Shown here one piece after another: positions 59,327-64,000 of a stretch of 64,000 bases of DNA. Position 1 is the first letter of the stretch, and every line of letters starts with the position of its first letter. A program made the position numbers and the translations under genes. The stretch covers positions 320,001 to 384,000 of the forward strand of contig CAWGMA010000004.1 in the NCBI GenBank assembly GCA_963823555.1, in the 5' to 3' direction. This stretch comes from Candidatus Eiseniibacteriota bacterium. GTDB taxonomy: Bacteria; Eisenbacteria; RBG-16-71-46; CAVPCR01. A model generated the notes under the pieces. It made no database searches. It saw only the letters and a list, made by a program, of their open reading frames with translations, and had not been told where the DNA came from.

Positions 59327-60524
59327 CTAGCGAGCCGCGATCTCGCGGATCTGGTCCAGCACCTGTGCGGGCGGATCGGCTCGCCGTCGACCCGGGTCAG
59401 GCGATTGCACCTCGGGCCTGGCGCCCCACCGCCCACTCCACCTCGTGGGCCATCTGCCCGAGGTTCATCTCCGGCACGAGGATGTGGTCGACCCGCTCGC
59501 CCATCCGCGCGCACCTGCGACCTCAGGGAAGGGCCAGAGGGTGAGCGGGGCGCAGGAAGTCGACCGGGATCCCCTCCTCGCGGGCCATGCGCACCGCCTG
59601 CAGGGCCGAACGCGCGCGTCGAGCCGTAGGCGAAGACGCCGATCTTGGCGCCCGGGCACGAGCTGCTCGTCGACCTCGATGATCTCCTCGCGTAGCGCTC
59701 GATCTTGCGGTCGAGCCGGCGCAGGAGGCCGTCGATCTCCGCCGGATCGTTGGTCGGGAAGCCGGTCTCGTCGTGGACGAGCCCGGTGACGTGGAAGCGG
59801 TAGCCGCGTGCCGAAGGTGGCCATCGGCGGGCATGTCGGTCGTCGGTGTGCGCGTAGGGCAGGTAGCTCTCCGGCGGCACCTCGGGCTGGGCCCGCTCGA
59901 GAACCGTCACGCGCTCGGGCAGGACCACCTTCTCGTTCACGTGCCCGACGATCTCGTCGAGCAGCAGGATGACCGGCGTCCGGTAGATCTCGGTCAGGTT
60001 GAAGGCGCGCACCGTCAGGTCGAAGGTCTCGCGCACGCCCCGCGGGCAGAGCGCGATGATCGGATGGTCGCCGTGCGTCCCCCAGCGCGCCTGCATCACG
60101 TCGCCCTGTGCCGGGCAGGGTCGGCAGTCCGGTGCTCGGGACCGCCGCGCTGGACGTTGACGATGACGCAGGGGACCTCGGCCATGCAGGCGTAGCCGAT
60201 GTTCTCCTGCTTGAGCGAGAAGCCCGGACCGCTGGTGGCGGTCATGGCCTTGGCGCCGGCGAGCGACGCCCCGATGACCGCGCCCATGGCGCCGATCTCG
60301 TCCTCCATCTGGATGAAGCTGCCGCCGACGCGGGGCAGGGCTCCGGAGAGCATCTCGGCGATCTCGGAAGAGGGTGTGATGGGATAGCCGGCGAAGAAGC
60401 GGAGGCCGGCGGCAAGCGCCGCCTCGGCGCAGGCCTCGTTGCCGGTCATCACGCGAACCCGGCCCTGTGCGCGTTCGGATTTGGCCTTCGGGTTTGACTC
60501 TGCGTTCACCTCGGTCAGCGCCAT
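59327..60524 (-). CDS. korA: 2-oxoacid:ferredoxin oxidoreductase alpha subunit, frameshifted
   Basis: GNEACA, AGYPITPSSEI, QMEDE, TATSGPGFSLKQE, QRGGP, QARWGTHGD, HVTGLVHD. Confidence 0.9.
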
Positions 60525-60581
60525 GGGTGCGCTCCTCTCATGATCGTGCCTCTGGTCGTTTGCAAGCGAACGGCGCTCTTG

Positions 60582-60770
60582 TCATTCCACCTTGATGGCG
60601 AAGTCGGGGCACACGTACACGCAGAGGAGGCAACGGGTGCACTCTTCCGGGTTGGTGGCGACGGGGAGCGGCCCCGCCATGGTGAGGACGTGCTTCGGGC
60701 AGAAGGCGACGCAATAGGTGCATCCCTTGCACCAGCCGTCACGGATGGTGATCTGCGGGACTTTTTCCAT
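60582..60770 (-). CDS. korD: 2x[4Fe-4S] ferredoxin (delta subunit of the oxidoreductase)
   Basis: CKGCTYCVAFCP and CTRCLLCVYVCPDFAI, first gene of the operon. Confidence 0.9.
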   Translation of the reverse strand: MEKVPQITIRDGWCKGCTYCVAFCPKHVLTMAGPLPVATNPEECTRCLLCVYVCPDFAIKVE

Positions 60771-60906
60771 GGTTTCGGTGGATTGGGTTCGGGTCTTGGG
60801 ATGGTTCACGGCGCGATCGGCGGTTCCTCTTACTCCTCGGCGGACCGGTCGATCCGGCCCGGCCCGGTTCCGCAGACCGCCTGCGGGGGGATCCCCGGCT
60901 CTGAGT

Positions 60907-60923
60907 AGCAAGGAGGTCGCCAA
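60907..60923 (-). promoter_or_regulatory. Putative sigma54 (-24/-12) promoter of the kor operon
   Basis: Minus strand TTGGCGACCTCCTTGCT = GG-N10-GC with TTGC. Confidence 0.6.
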
Positions 60924-61293
60924 ATCGCCAAGCTCCCTTTCCACCCGGGACCGCAGGTGGATCGCCGCGGGATACCTCATCCCGTTCGTTGCTGAAGCCA
61001 TATCCTATTGTCCTTGAATGACTTATATGTATCGGTCGAGATGCGGTGCGGCGGAGAGAGGAATCTCGGGAGGACAAGGCCGTCCGCCGATGGGCCGCCG
61101 GGCCATCCACGCCGGATGAGTCCGCCAGAATGTCATCCTTTTCTTTCCTGTCCATGACGCCATGGCGGTGTCTGATCGATTATGGTCCGAATCGGGGTCG
61201 AGCGGCGCTAGGATAGGCGCGCCCGACTCTCTGAAGTCCCGGAGCCATGGGGAGAAGCCGGATCGCCGGCTTGCCCGGTTGGGATCGGACGAG

Positions 61294-61308
61294 TGGCCTA
61301 TCTCTTGC
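61294..61308 (+). promoter_or_regulatory. Putative sigma54 (-24/-12) promoter of gdhA
   Basis: TGGCCTATCTCTTGC = GG-N10-GC with TTGC. Confidence 0.55.
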
Positions 61309-61441
61309 CGAGGATCATGGCGATAGGGGGTCGGCCTGTCGGTCCATTGCCGGCAGACCTGGATCCCCAGCCGAACGGATCTGTCCACCTGATCTCGGCG
61401 CAGGAAGCGTGGCCCGATTCCGTCAGGCGGGAACCCTGTAA

Positions 61442-62974
<1,533 letters not shown>

Positions 62975-63158
62975 GACGCGCCAGCCGTTGCGCTGGGGCG
63001 GGGTTCGGCCCGCCTTCAAGATGCTCGTCGGCGGGGTCGCGAGCCGGTAGAATGCGGCGCGGGAGGGCAAACGCCCATCCCGCGCCGTTCGCTTTCCCTC
63101 TCCCCGCGGACGCTGGGGCAGGGAGCGCGACCACCCGGGGTCGACCCTTGAGTGTGCG

Positions 63159-64000
63159 ATGACCGAAAACGAGTCCGAATCGACGACCGTCGTCCGCTCC
63201 ACCCGGTTTGCGGGCTTTCAAGAGCTCATGCGCAACCGGATCGAGAACGTCCTCCTGGTTTCGAGCCTCTACGACTCGTTCATCCTGGCCGAGGACGGCC
63301 AGCTGAGCGAGGTCATCCTGAGCAAGTTCCTCGATATGAACCTGCGTCACACGCCCGGGATCACCCGCGTCTCATCCGGAACGGAAGCTCTGGCCATCGC
63401 TCGCGCCGAACGTCGCTTCAACCTGATCATCACCTCGATGCATGTCGGAGACATGGATGCTCCGACCCTGGCAACCCGGGTGCGGGAGGAGGGGCTCGGC
63501 ATCCCCGTCGTCTTGCTCGCCTATGATTCGCGCGAGCTGACCGATGTCATCAGCCGGCGCGATGTGTCCTCGCTTGAACGCATCTTCCTCTGGCAGGGCG
63601 ACGTGCGGATCCTTCTGGCCATCGTCAAGTACGTCGAGGACCGTCTCAACGTGGCCCACGACACCGGCGAGATGGGTGTGCAAGCCATCATCGTCATCGA
63701 GGACTCCATTCGCCAGTATTCCTCCTTCCTGCCGACGATCTACTCCGAACTGATGCGGCACTCTCATAGCCTGGTGCCGGAGGGCATCAACCTCTCGCAC
63801 AAGCTGATGCGCATCCAGGCCCGCCCGAAGATTCTCCTGTGCTCGACCTACGAAGAGGCCTGGGCCTATTTCGATCGCTATCGCGAGGACATTCTCGGCG
63901 TCATCACCGATGTCGAGTTCCCGCGCAACGGCGAACGATGCCCGGACGCGGGCGCCGAATTCGCCCGCGAGGTGCGCCGCCAACAGCCGGACATTCCTGT
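63159..64000 (+). CDS. 5' part of a receiver-like domain protein of the PEP/pyruvate-binding-domain family (runs off the window)
   Basis: Open frame to the window end, absent from the ORF track: FQELMRNRIENVLLVSSLYDSFILAEDG...IFLWQGD...IIVIEDSIRQYSSFLP...RPKILL...GVITDVEFP. Confidence 0.75.
   Translation, partial: MTENESESTTVVRSTRFAGFQELMRNRIENVLLVSSLYDSFILAEDGQLSEVILSKFLDMNLRHTPGITRVSSGTEALAIARAERRFNLIITSMHVGDMDAPTLATRVREEGLGIPVVLLAYDSRELTDVISRRDVSSLERIFLWQGDVRILLAIVKYVEDRLNVAHDTGEMGVQAIIVIEDSIRQYSSFLPTIYSELMRHSHSLVPEGINLSHKLMRIQARPKILLCSTYEEAWAYFDRYREDILGVITDVEFPRNGERCPDAGAEFAREVRRQQPDIP

Noticed and set aside
60878..60960. Long stem CCGCCTGCGG/CCGCAGGTGG as a ncRNA or riboswitch
   Set aside because: It encloses the predicted sigma54 promoter, so it would not be fully transcribed; no recognisable aptamer; GC-rich pairing may be chance

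Overview
High-GC bacterial chromosomal window with about 49 protein-coding genes and no detectable rRNA, tRNA, CRISPR array or mobile element. Secreted proteins with FlgD/T9SS-like tails and a C-terminal WGxIK motif suggest an FCB-group candidate phylum such as Eisenbacteria, Krumholzibacteriota or Latescibacterota (inference). Main content, in order: cysK; a metal/Fe-S membrane operon next to a B12 radical SAM gene; a four-gene split methionine synthase fed by a non-pyrrolysine MttB methyltransferase; a beta-oxidation pair plus a 4-hydroxybenzoyl-CoA-reductase-like molybdoenzyme operon; large PKD/BNR/FG-GAP surface proteins; asnB and a GT4; hflX-sulP; lrp-lat; a lipoprotein/multiheme/CydA-like electron-transfer cluster; gltS; mgtE; and korDABC divergent from gdhA with two putative sigma54 promoters. 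The best novelty candidate is 52614..56225 (-), a ClpA/B-type AAA+ protein fused to a near full-length RF2-like release factor that has lost both SPF and GGQ, a possible ribosome quality-control unfoldase. Three blocks (about 16.1-19.4, 49.1-50.2 and 58.7-60.1 kb) are dense in indels, most likely long-read errors. Start codons were chosen by eye and all family calls rest on motif recognition, without database searches.
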